From Thermoplasmatota archaeon (lineage in GTDB: Archaea > Thermoplasmatota > E2 > DHVEG-1), in the NCBI GenBank assembly GCA_016932245.1, contig JAFGDG010000086.1, positions 1 through 63,800 on the forward strand: a stretch of 63,800 bases of DNA, written 5' to 3'. Both the position numbers and the translations under genes were made by a program. The notes under the pieces are model-generated. The model saw only the letters and a program-made list of their open reading frames with translations. It made no database searches and was not told the origin of the DNA. Shown one piece after another: positions 1 through 8,976 of the stretch; within the stretch, counting starts at the first letter, position 1; each line of letters starts with the position of its first letter.

Positions 1-1
1 A

Positions 2-880
2 ATCTTTAATAATCCATTGATGACTTTTAAAACTGAAAGTTTTATTATTTTGTTTAATATTGCTTGGACATATTTACTTCATGCATATTATAGAAGTAAA
101 TATATTGATTATAAATATTATGAAATTCCAAATGTTAGAAAAAAATATATTAGAAATTCAGATGGAACAATAAGATATTGGGATTTGATGAAATGTTTGA
201 AGTGTGAGGAATGCCCACTTGATGAAAATACAAAAAACAACCTTAAATTTTTAATCGGATTAAGAAATTATATTGTACATCAAAAAGTCCCTGACTTGGA
301 TTCTTATCTTTCTGCAAGGTACCAGGCATGTGCATTGAATTATGATCACTATCTAGTAAAACTTCATGGAAAAAATTATTCATTAGGTAGCAATCTAGCT
401 TTGAGTTTACAATTTGCTGAATTAGATTATGAACAACATAAGATAATGAAAGATAAACTAAACAAAATTCCAAAAGAAATTAAAGCATATATTGCAGATT
501 TTGATAAGCAACTAACGGATGAACAACGACAAAATGAAAGATATTCATATAAACTTCTTTTTATTAAAACAAATGCAAAAAGTAACGGACAAGCAGATAG
601 AGTGATTGAATTTTTAGACCCAAACTCAGACTTATCAAAAAATATTTCTAAGGAATATTGGGTAAAAGTAGATAGAGAAAAACCTAAATATCTGCCCTCC
701 CAGGTAGTTGAAAAGGTAAAGGTAGCAGGTTTTCCTGATTTTAAGATACACCATCATACAGATATTTGGAAAGAGAATGATGGAAAAAACCCGAATAAAG
801 GATATGGTGTAAATGTGGCGGGGACTTGGTACTGGTATGAAAATTGGATAGATTTTGTAATTAATAAAAAAAGAAAATAG
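2..880 (+). CDS. DUF3644-family protein with HEPN-type Rx4H motif (5'-partial)
   Basis: Frame open from base 2 (IFNNPLMTFKTESFIILFNIAWTYLLHAYY), typical of the DUF3644 N-terminus; contains LRNYIVH (Rx4H); C-terminal WYWYENW. Confidence 0.7.
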   Translation: MFNNPLMTFKTESFIILFNIAWTYLLHAYYRSKYIDYKYYEIPNVRKKYIRNSDGTIRYWDLMKCLKCEECPLDENTKNNLKFLIGLRNYIVHQKVPDLDSYLSARYQACALNYDHYLVKLHGKNYSLGSNLALSLQFAELDYEQHKIMKDKLNKIPKEIKAYIADFDKQLTDEQRQNERYSYKLLFIKTNAKSNGQADRVIEFLDPNSDLSKNISKEYWVKVDREKPKYLPSQVVEKVKVAGFPDFKIHHHTDIWKENDGKNPNKGYGVNVAGTWYWYENWIDFVINKKRK

Positions 881-909
881 TAAGTTATACCATCATTTCT
901 AATGTTTTT

Positions 910-1062
910 ATGACAAACAAAAAACAAATATCTTTCCGTTTGTCAAAAGAACTAGATGACTGGGTCAAAGAAGAAATCCAGAAAGGAACTTTCAAATCCA
1001 TGTCAGATGCTGTTGAACAAGCAGTAGTTGAATTACGGAAAGAAATAGACGGTGAAATATAA
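910..1062 (+). CDS. Ribbon-helix-helix (CopG/ParD-like) protein, 50 aa, absent from the ORF track
   Basis: Hand translation: MTNKKQISFRLSKELDDWVKEEIQKGTFKSMSDAVEQAVVELRKEIDGEI. Has the RHH pattern of a beta-strand (ISFRL), helix, G-x-F-x-S-x-S-D-A-V turn and second helix. Confidence 0.8.
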   Translation: MTNKKQISFRLSKELDDWVKEEIQKGTFKSMSDAVEQAVVELRKEIDGEI

Positions 1063-1121
1063 TAAAAAGCATTCTTTCTCAAAATGTTAAAACAATTTTG
1101 TTTAAAATTTAAAAGTGGTAG

Positions 1122-2270
1122 ATGCCAGTTTTCTCCTATAGAACTTGGTTTCTTTCTCATTTTTTTACCTTAGCATCTACTGTCCTTGGGGCACCCGACG
1201 AAGATACTGCACTTACCGTTCTTCCAGCACATTCTCTGTTGCTTGAAGGAAAAGGGTATGAAGCGGTGGCCCTCTCCGCACTTGGAAGCTATGGAGCAAT
1301 TGTCTTTTGTTTTCTTCTAGTAATTCCCCTCCGTCTACTTGTTGGAGCCCCCGTACAACTATATGCAGTATTGCGTGAAATTATGCTCTGGGTTCTCATT
1401 GCTATTTCTATTCTTATGATAGCAACCGAAAAAGGAAAAATACACGCATTTCGTGCAAAACCACCCTGCCCTTCGTTTTTAGGTATGATGTTTGCCTTTT
1501 TTCTCTTTTTGCTGTCTGGTATATTTGGATTAATTATTTTTCAACTTTCCGTCGATTCTCCCATAGGGCTTTCTTCTCCTGTGTTATTCCCCGCTCTTGC
1601 CGGTCTTTTTGGTACGCCAACGCTTCTCACCTCGCTTTTAACTAAACCAACAATCCCTAAACAAGATCTTACGATGCCCGTTCTTGATACCAAAACAAAA
1701 AAATCCTCAATCCTGTCTGTTATTACTGGAAGCTTTGGGGGCATTCTTGTTTCTATTATCCCGGGTATTACATCGGCGACAGGAACCATTCTTGCTATGA
1801 CTGCTCGGGGGGAATCGGACAAACGACAAACCATCATTACCCTTTCAGCGGTAAACACAGCATGTGCCTTTTTTGTTGTCGTTGTGCTCTTCATTATCCT
1901 TCGGTCAAGAAGCGGTGCAACACTTGCAGTAAAACAACTTATTGCTGTGGAAGAATGGAATGCCCTACTTATGCCCGCCACTTTAACCTATTTTTTAATT
2001 GCACTGCTGTTGGGCGGAACCCTTTCCTATTTTTTTACCCTTTCTGTTGGAAAACTCTTCGCTAAATATTTTGCCAACATACCTTACACAAAACTCGTTC
2101 TATTCACCATCGCGGTCATAACAATATTAGTCATTCTTTTTACAGGGCTTTTAGGGTTGTTAATCCTCATTGTTGCAACAGGTATCGGTCTGCTGCCGGT
2201 CAACTGGGGAGTGCGCCGAAGTCACTGCATGGGGATCCTCCTTCTCCCTATCATTCTTTATTTTGTTTGA
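1122..2270 (+). pseudogene. Archaeal tripartite tricarboxylate transporter TctA-family (DUF112) permease, apparently N-terminally truncated
   Basis: STVLGAPDEDTALTVLPAH...EGKGYEAV, PALAGLFG, IPGI, RSRSG and GVRRSHCMG motifs. The usual N-terminal GxxPGxHxN helices are missing, and homology starts at ~1174. Confidence 0.65.
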
Positions 2271-2754
2271 AGATGCCTTGGCCCACTGCATCAAAAAACT
2301 CAGTAAGGGGAACCCCTAATTCTTTACCTAAAAGCAACGCAGCAACTTCTGAAGAAATGCCCTTCTTCTCAACGATTTTTTGCACTCTCCTTGTTATATC
2401 CCCCTCTCCGATCGCACTTTCTTTAGCAATTTTGTGCACCATCGATTGCAATGTAACTTCGCCTTCTTTTTTATGGACCTCCACCTCTTTCTCTTCAATT
2501 TGTAAACTGGGCATAGATGGTCGAAAACCAACAGGAACTGTTATAGAATCAATCTCAAAAGCAGGGGATAAAATACCCTCCCGTGCTACCAGCAATTTTT
2601 TTGTTATTGCTCGTTCCACAAAATCTTTTGCTTGTTTTGGAGAAAACCAATTAAGGGTCATAGACAAGGAAAGGAAAAAATCAGAGGTGGAAATCTCTGT
2701 TTTACCCTCACGTTTAAAGAGAAATGCAATGATAATTTCTTCTTCAGAGACCAT
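2251..2754 (-). CDS. DUF2240 family protein
   Basis: IAFLFKREGK...LSMTLNWFSPKQAK...VPVGFRP...EVAALLLGKELGV, matching this archaeal family. Confidence 0.8.
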   Translation of the reverse strand: MVSEEEIIIAFLFKREGKTEISTSDFFLSLSMTLNWFSPKQAKDFVERAITKKLLVAREGILSPAFEIDSITVPVGFRPSMPSLQIEEKEVEVHKKEGEVTLQSMVHKIAKESAIGEGDITRRVQKIVEKKGISSEVAALLLGKELGVPLTEFFDAVGQGIFKQNKE

Positions 2755-3352
2755 TCTTTTTCACCCTTCTCCAGTAAGGTAACTCAATAATCAAACCCGT
2801 TATTTGTTTATCCTCCCAATATTTTGCGCGTTCATTATTAGGGCCGCAGACATACAGCTTGTAGCCTTTTTTTCCAGCCTTTTGCAGGTAAGAAATCGTC
2901 CGAATATCTGCAAGAGTAGCAGCATTAAACAATACTGTTCCTGTTTCTTGCCCGAGCGTTCCGGTAACTGGTTTTACTGTTTGCTGACTGGTGCGGATGT
3001 CAGCACAGAGGTACACTTCGTTTTCTGTCAGCTCTTTAATAGCAGAAACATCTACATTTCTCCAAATCTCTTGTCTTACTGTGAGTGCTGCTGCCCCTGC
3101 CATAAGTATGTCGACAACGTCGCCAAGAGTTCTGGGGCCCCCATCAACCCAAAGGGTATGGCGTTGCGATAATTTTTGGTATAGATAAAGATTTGGCTTG
3201 TCTTTTTCTAAACCATCACGATCATAGACATACACTTTTTCATCAGGGGGAAGGACATCAAAAAGAGCATTAAGCGGAACAGCCTCTCCCTCCATCTTGT
3301 CATATATCTCTCTCTTATGTAGGTAGATGATAGGAAGGACTTCCATAGACAT
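2744..3352 (-). CDS. HisA/HisF-like TIM-barrel protein (divergent)
   Basis: VLPIIYL start, YVYDRDG, LWVDGGPRTLGDVVDILMAGA; short (202 aa). Confidence 0.6.
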   Translation of the reverse strand: MSMEVLPIIYLHKREIYDKMEGEAVPLNALFDVLPPDEKVYVYDRDGLEKDKPNLYLYQKLSQRHTLWVDGGPRTLGDVVDILMAGAAALTVRQEIWRNVDVSAIKELTENEVYLCADIRTSQQTVKPVTGTLGQETGTVLFNAATLADIRTISYLQKAGKKGYKLYVCGPNNERAKYWEDKQITGLIIELPYWRRVKKNGL

Positions 3353-3415
3353 GCAAACCTCTTTACATACTAAAAATTTTTGAAGAAACCTAGAAAAAGA
3401 AACCAGATGGAAAGC

Positions 3416-5821
3416 TTATCTGTTAAATCGTTTTTCTGCATCAGCAATGGTCAATCTCGTTTTTACTACTGTATCTGGGTTGAGTGAGATGCTGTCAATA
3501 CCACATTCCACTAGAAATTCAGCAAACTCTGGGAAATCTGAAGGTGCTTGGCCACAGATGCCGACTTTTCTTCTTGGTGTATGTGCATGTGCTGTTTCTA
3601 TTACTTGTTTTACAAGTCTTTTTACTGCATCGTTCCTCTCATCAAAAATATGGGCGACTAAATCAGAATCACGGTCAAGACCAAGGGTAAGTTGTGTAAG
3701 GTCGTTTGAACCAATGCTAAATCCATCAAAAATCTCTGCAAACTGATCAGCAACGACAACATTACTTGGGATTTCACACATAACATATATTTCAAGACCA
3801 TTTTCTCCTTGGGTAAGGCCAAACTCTTTCATTGTTTGTATTACTTTTTTTCCCTCCTCCGGCGTTCGACAGAAAGGTATCATTGGTTTAATATTTGTAA
3901 GACCCATTTCATCACGTGCTTTTTTGAGGGCTATGCATTCAAGACCAAATGCTGGTTTGTATTTGGGATCATAATATCTAGAGGCACCACGCCATCCAAT
4001 CATAGGGTTACTTTCTTTAGGCTCGTATAAGAAACCACCTACTAAGTTTGCGTACTCATTAGTTTTAAAATCACTCATACGAACTATTACATCATTTGGA
4101 TAAAAAGCGGCCGCAATCTTTGCAATACCACGCGCAAGAGTATCTACGAAAAACCCTACTTTATTTTCATAGCCTTTGCTTTTTTCATCAATTGTTTTTA
4201 TTACTTCTGCAATCTTTGGGTTTTCATTTGTCATCTGTTTAAGTTTATTGTATTCAATTAAAGCCAGCGGATGTATACCTATATGAGAGTTAATGATGAA
4301 TTCTTCACGAGCAAGACCCACTCCGTCGTTTGGGATTTGGCCTTGTTGAAATGCTTTCTCAGGTATTGCTGCATTCATCATAATTTGTGTTTTAGGCCTT
4401 GGTAAATTATCAAGTTTAAGCTCGTCAACACGGAATTTTAACAAACCATCATAAATTCGACCAACACTTTCGCTACAGTCAACAGTAATGTTTGCGCCAT
4501 TTCGAATTGTTTGTGTGCCTGTGCCGGTACCAATAACACAAGGGATGCCTAGCTCACGAGAAATAATTGCAGCATGACACGTTCTACCCCCGCGGTTTGT
4601 AACAATAGCACCTGCAATTTTCATAATGGGTTCCCAATCAGGATCCGTCATGTCTGTTACCAAGACTTGTCCTTTCTTAAAATTACCAATATCTTTTGCA
4701 TCTTCGATAACATTTACATCTCCCTGCCCGATCATACTGCCGACTGCTTCACCCTCGGCTAAAACATTTCCTTTTTCTTCTAAAACATATGTTTTCATGA
4801 CTGCGGCATCTTTTTGTGAATGAACTGTTTCAGGGCGAGCTTGAACGATAAATAGTTCACCCGTGTTCCCATCTTTTGCCCATTCAATATCCATTGGTTT
4901 TTTATAATGATCTTCAATAATTGATGCCCATTTTGCAAGTTTTATTATCTCATCATCACTGATTACAAACTTGTTTCTTTCTTCTTGGTTTACTTCAATG
5001 TTTTTCGTTCCTTTTTTTTCATCATAAACCATACGTTTTTGTTTTGCGCCAACTTTTTTTTCAAGAATTGGTTTAAAACCATTTTTAAGAGTTGGTTTGA
5101 AAACATAGAATTGATCAGGGTTTACTGCACCTTGAACAACGTTTTCACCAAGACCATATGCACCTGTCAGGTATACTGCATCTTTAAAGCCACTTTCGGT
5201 ATCAATTGAAAACATTACCCCTGCGCTTGCAAGGTCACTTCTGACCATTTTTTGAACTCCAACAGATAAATACACGCTGAAATGATCAAAGCCCTTATCA
5301 ACACGATAAGAAATCGCACGGTTAGTAAATAATGATGCAAAACACTCACGAACTTTTTCAAGTAATTCTTCTTCCCCACGTACATTCAAATACGTTTCTT
5401 GCTGTCCTGCAAAAGAAGCATCTGGCAGGTCCTCTGCTGTGGCACTGCTTCTAACTGCTACATCACAGTTTTTACCGTAGCGTTTTTCCATGCCTCTGTA
5501 GTGTTTACGTATGTCTTCTTCAAGATCCGGAGGTAGCGGCGTATTTTTTATAAGCTCTCTAATTTTTTCACCGCGTTCAGCAAGATTATGAATATTATGT
5601 GTGTCAAGATCTGAAAGGATTTCTTTTATTTTTTTATCAATTCCTGCTTTCTCAATAGTGTATTTGTAAGCATATGCGGTGACCGCAAAACCAGACGGGA
5701 CATTTATTCCTTTTTCGCCAAGATTGCGAATCATTTCGCCAAGAGAAGCGTTTTTCCCTCCCACTGAAGGCACATCGTTTATTGACAACTCTTCAAACCA
5801 TCTGTTAAATTCTTCAATCAT
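3416..5821 (-). CDS. ppsA: Phosphoenolpyruvate synthase
   Basis: VGGKNASLGEM, AVRSSATAEDLPDASFAGQQET, phospho-His motif GGRTCHAAIISRELG, FSIGSNDLTQ. Confidence 0.97.
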   Translation of the reverse strand: MIEEFNRWFEELSINDVPSVGGKNASLGEMIRNLGEKGINVPSGFAVTAYAYKYTIEKAGIDKKIKEILSDLDTHNIHNLAERGEKIRELIKNTPLPPDLEEDIRKHYRGMEKRYGKNCDVAVRSSATAEDLPDASFAGQQETYLNVRGEEELLEKVRECFASLFTNRAISYRVDKGFDHFSVYLSVGVQKMVRSDLASAGVMFSIDTESGFKDAVYLTGAYGLGENVVQGAVNPDQFYVFKPTLKNGFKPILEKKVGAKQKRMVYDEKKGTKNIEVNQEERNKFVISDDEIIKLAKWASIIEDHYKKPMDIEWAKDGNTGELFIVQARPETVHSQKDAAVMKTYVLEEKGNVLAEGEAVGSMIGQGDVNVIEDAKDIGNFKKGQVLVTDMTDPDWEPIMKIAGAIVTNRGGRTCHAAIISRELGIPCVIGTGTGTQTIRNGANITVDCSESVGRIYDGLLKFRVDELKLDNLPRPKTQIMMNAAIPEKAFQQGQIPNDGVGLAREEFIINSHIGIHPLALIEYNKLKQMTNENPKIAEVIKTIDEKSKGYENKVGFFVDTLARGIAKIAAAFYPNDVIVRMSDFKTNEYANLVGGFLYEPKESNPMIGWRGASRYYDPKYKPAFGLECIALKKARDEMGLTNIKPMIPFCRTPEEGKKVIQTMKEFGLTQGENGLEIYVMCEIPSNVVVADQFAEIFDGFSIGSNDLTQLTLGLDRDSDLVAHIFDERNDAVKRLVKQVIETAHAHTPRRKVGICGQAPSDFPEFAEFLVECGIDSISLNPDTVVKTRLTIADAEKRFNR

Positions 5822-5824
5822 AGA

Positions 5825-5879
5825 CCTCTCTCCTAAGGAACATATGTGTTAATATGCGCCCATTTATAAACCCTCTTTT
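5825..5879 (-). promoter_or_regulatory. Putative ppsA promoter (purine-rich BRE + TTTATAAA TATA box at 5863-5870) and GGAGAGAGG ribosome-binding site
   Basis: Minus strand reads AAAAGAGGG-TTTATAAA about 45 nt upstream of the ATG; SD-like run at 5825-5833. Confidence 0.5.
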
Positions 5880-5902
5880 AAAAGTTATACAACTGATATA
5901 AA

Positions 5903-5923
5903 AAGCAATCTAAATGATTGCTT
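5903..5923 (-). terminator. Hairpin downstream of pdaD
   Basis: AAGCAATC-taaat-GATTGCTT perfect 8-bp inverted repeat, followed by a T run on the minus strand. Confidence 0.45.
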
Positions 5924-5932
5924 ATTCCCTCT

Positions 5933-6478
5933 TTACTCTTCTAAAAATACAGCCGCAGCAAGGACCGTTGTCCAAAGACCGTTTTTGTCCCCTTGTGCAG
6001 TTTGTACAATGCTTTGCGTCCGCACAAATCTCCCACTCATTTTATATTCCTGTTTCCGTTCATCCCACGCTTTATCAACATCAAACTCTAGTCCGAGTGT
6101 AGTTGCTAGCATGCTTGCTGCAAGATCTTCAGCATAATCCCCTGCTGTTTTTGCGACTTGACCAAACCCATGGTGCTCTGAAATATATCCATAGGTCTCT
6201 TCTTCTTTTGGGGTAGCAACACCTATAGCTGCTCCAATTAATCGGTTTGGTTCATTCGTTTTATTTCTTGACATTACACTGTAGGTAATCTGACCTGGTT
6301 TGAGCAATTCAATACCTTTTTCCTTTGAGATAATTTTACATCTTGGAGGGACAATGCTAGAAACATTTACTATGTTGCATTTTTCTATGCCGGCATTACG
6401 AAGAGCTGATTCAAAAGACTGCAGTTCATGTTTATGTTTTCCTACGCCTTTGGTAAAAAACACTCGCTTTGGTACCAT
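5933..6478 (-). CDS. pdaD: Pyruvoyl-dependent arginine decarboxylase
   Basis: [24 protein letters not shown], cleavage site [15 protein letters not shown]. Alternative start at 6499. Confidence 0.92.
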   Translation of the reverse strand: MVPKRVFFTKGVGKHKHELQSFESALRNAGIEKCNIVNVSSIVPPRCKIISKEKGIELLKPGQITYSVMSRNKTNEPNRLIGAAIGVATPKEEETYGYISEHHGFGQVAKTAGDYAEDLAASMLATTLGLEFDVDKAWDERKQEYKMSGRFVRTQSIVQTAQGDKNGLWTTVLAAAVFLEE

Positions 6479-6523
6479 GGCCCCAAGAATGATTTTCATC
6501 TTATAAACATATCTATAAGACGA

Positions 6524-7429
6524 TTACAATTCTTCCTCTTCTTCTATGTCTTCTCCACTTCCTTCGTCTTTCGTATCCCTCTGTTTTTTGAGAAGATCTC
6601 TCATCTGTTTCTGGATATCGACTTGTTCCTTTTGAAAAGACACTTGTTCTTGCTGATATTGTGTGATAACGCCCCCTTGCACCAGTTTTTCTACTAGCTT
6701 TTTTATCTCTTTATAGGGATAGGCGCCATGTAGTTCGTAATAACTCCTTGCTCGAGGGGTCTGCACGTCCTTTCCCCCACCAAAAAATCCCAGAATTCCT
6801 CCTCCCTTCTTTCCTCCAAGCCCTACACCACCACCGGCAAATGATTTGTCGCTACCCAAACCAAACCCCGATTGGCTGATAGGGATAATGGTGCCAAAAC
6901 TAAAAATTTGGCCAAGGATGCCTTGTTTGGCATTAATATCAGCAATTTTATCATATCGCAGGGTTCTTTCTTGTTTTGTAATAATTCCTCCTTTGAAAAT
7001 AATACGAAGATTTGAAATGATGTATTTGTGAGAACGCCGGTATAATTCAACAAGGAGAAAACCGATAACTGACATGGCGATAGAAAAGAACGGGACAAAG
7101 ATTGCCGCTTCAGATGTCCAATCTTGCCAGACCATCACTCCCACTCCTGCAAGAAACATGCCAAGAAAGAGCAAGAAAATTCTCCACCTAATCGTAATGA
7201 GTGATGCAAAAATGCCAACAACAATCAGCACAGAGCCCCAGACAAGGATGGGCAACCATTCATTTGAAGAAAAGAGATCCTTAAATTCAGAGAAATTTAC
7301 TAACCATCCAATGAGGACGCCCCACACAATCAAAAATATGCACAGGGATTGTAACCGCATAAAAGATAATGGATGAGGAGAAAGAACTCTCTCCACCTTT
7401 TCGTTATCTAATAGCTCCTCCTGGTTCAT
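6524..7429 (-). CDS. Membrane protein with bacterial PH (bPH_2-like) domain and Gly-rich insert
   Basis: Four N-terminal TM segments; YIISNLRIIFKGGII...RTLRYDKIADINAKQGILGQIFSFGTI PH signature; acidic tail. Confidence 0.75.
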   Translation of the reverse strand: MNQEELLDNEKVERVLSPHPLSFMRLQSLCIFLIVWGVLIGWLVNFSEFKDLFSSNEWLPILVWGSVLIVVGIFASLITIRWRIFLLFLGMFLAGVGVMVWQDWTSEAAIFVPFFSIAMSVIGFLLVELYRRSHKYIISNLRIIFKGGIITKQERTLRYDKIADINAKQGILGQIFSFGTIIPISQSGFGLGSDKSFAGGGVGLGGKKGGGILGFFGGGKDVQTPRARSYYELHGAYPYKEIKKLVEKLVQGGVITQYQQEQVSFQKEQVDIQKQMRDLLKKQRDTKDEGSGEDIEEEEEL

Positions 7430-8501
7430 CAGTCTCGTCCTCGATACTTGGTAATGCCTTCATATCAATTTTAGCTTTAAAGGTATTGGTCTTCTTCTTT
7501 TTCTTTTTTCTCACCAACAAAAAAAGCACTATGATCGTACATCCTATCATGGTGATCAACGAGATGCTTTTGTCCCATTCGGTCGGTATAAAGAGAAATA
7601 GCGTTCTCATAAGAATGTATGCTAAAGGGAGTGTTATGTAGGGAAGGAGTTTTTTGTGTCCTTGAATTTTGTCTGTGGTTTTGATCATCAATAAAAGGAG
7701 GTGAGTTACTACCAGAGAAACAATAGCAATAATGGAGAGCCACCCAAAAATAGCAAATAAGCCCACATACCATTGTTGATTAAGCGCAAGAGAAATGTAA
7801 AACAACACATACGCAAGTAAAAACAACAGAATCACATACAGGGGCCGATGAATAATATGCGACCAGATGTTTTTTAAATCATACAGCATGTCAATTTTCT
7901 CCTGCCTTTTCTCGCCGATGTAGCTTGGTCGTATCCCAAGACCAAGAAAGAGAAGCAATAATAGAAATCCAAGATGCCCTGGGTGTAAAAGATCAATTGT
8001 TGCTAAGAAGCCGAAAAAATGTTGAGTAAAGATATGTAGACTTCTTCCAAATGTAACGATCTGTTCAGTAAAAGTATATTGGAGTGCTGTCAACTCTGGA
8101 GGAGTGGCAACCTCAAATCCTCCAGACGTGAAGAGATAGAGACAAATGAGAAGAAGAAATGCAGGAATGAAAAAGGGGCCCAGGAAAAGAAAGGAATTAG
8201 ATATCCATTCAAACACTCCTTCCCTCTCTTTTTTTGGGGATACTTTCCCGTAATCTACACTCACATAAAACTTAGCAATGCCGCTTCTTGTTACGGTATA
8301 CCCAAGGGCATGACAGATAGTTTGAAATAAAATCCCTAGAAAATTAGTAAATCGGCACAACGGTTCATGCTTTGGTCGTATTTTTGCTAATAAAAGCTTT
8401 TGACTTTCAATAAACAACAATTGTATAAACCACAGCAGCAAGACGCCAAGTATTGGTGCAAGTGGCGCAAATATCAGAATATCAACGAGTGAGCCTGCCA
8501 T
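7404..8501 (-). CDS. Polytopic membrane protein, M50/M50B peptidase-like with degenerate zinc motif
   Basis: GILFQTICHALG where GxxxHExxHA is expected; later FLGPFFIP and GLGIRPS; about 8 TM segments. Confidence 0.55.
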   Translation of the reverse strand: MAGSLVDILIFAPLAPILGVLLLWFIQLLFIESQKLLLAKIRPKHEPLCRFTNFLGILFQTICHALGYTVTRSGIAKFYVSVDYGKVSPKKEREGVFEWISNSFLFLGPFFIPAFLLLICLYLFTSGGFEVATPPELTALQYTFTEQIVTFGRSLHIFTQHFFGFLATIDLLHPGHLGFLLLLLFLGLGIRPSYIGEKRQEKIDMLYDLKNIWSHIIHRPLYVILLFLLAYVLFYISLALNQQWYVGLFAIFGWLSIIAIVSLVVTHLLLLMIKTTDKIQGHKKLLPYITLPLAYILMRTLFLFIPTEWDKSISLITMIGCTIIVLFLLVRKKKKKKTNTFKAKIDMKALPSIEDETDEPGGAIR

Positions 8502-8548
8502 CTCTCTTCGCTATATGATAGTGAGTGTTTTGTATAAAATCTTATCTT

Positions 8549-8971
8549 TTAGATGACGCTCATTTCTATTGCACTTCCATTATAGTCATATGCCCTCCAA
8601 GAAGTCTTAGTGTAGGGGGTTGCAACGATAATATGTACGCGTCCATGTTTTCGGAATAACTCAAGATCTGCTTCTGACGGGAGAGGCATTCCTGAGGGAT
8701 GGCTATGCACCGTCCCTACAACACTAAAATCGATAGGCATCATATGTAGCTGAAAGATGGCGTGGGAGTTACCAGAAATTGTTCCCGGAAGCAGCACTAC
8801 CTCTATTATCGTCTTTTTAGTTGTCTCATCCACTCGCAACAACCCTCCAAATTCCTTTGGATGTGTTGACTTAGCAGATTCCAAAATAAGACGTAAACAC
8901 CTTTTTGTGATTTGCCACTTCCTCTTGGAAATCGACCCATTCTCTTCTTTGTTTTTCTTAAAAAAAGGCAT
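8549..8971 (-). CDS. JAMM/MPN+ metalloprotease (Mov34 family)
   Basis: HPKEFGGLL and VGTVHSHPSGMPLPSEADL (HSHPx6PSxxD-type JAMM motif). Confidence 0.9.
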   Translation of the reverse strand: MPFFKKNKEENGSISKRKWQITKRCLRLILESAKSTHPKEFGGLLRVDETTKKTIIEVVLLPGTISGNSHAIFQLHMMPIDFSVVGTVHSHPSGMPLPSEADLELFRKHGRVHIIVATPYTKTSWRAYDYNGSAIEMSVI

Positions 8972-8976
8972 TGACC

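Larger units (their letters stand above)
1..1172. mobile_element. Right end of an AT-rich integrated/foreign island (DUF3644 + RHH genes)
   Basis: Visibly much more AT-rich than the rest of the window (spot counts: 10/60 and 12/60 G+C in the first two lines). Carries accessory-type genes and ends where homology to a 5'-truncated TctA-family gene begins. No integrase or transposase in view. Confidence 0.55.

Noticed and set aside
885..1160. 91-aa minus-strand ORF
   Set aside because: Antisense shadow of the RHH gene at 910-1062; no recognisable motifs.
1150..1173. Polypyrimidine tract ending in TAG, resembling a spliceosomal 3' splice site or an integron attC end
   Set aside because: The host is an archaeon with no spliceosome, and there is no GTTRRRY/RYYYAAC core pair.
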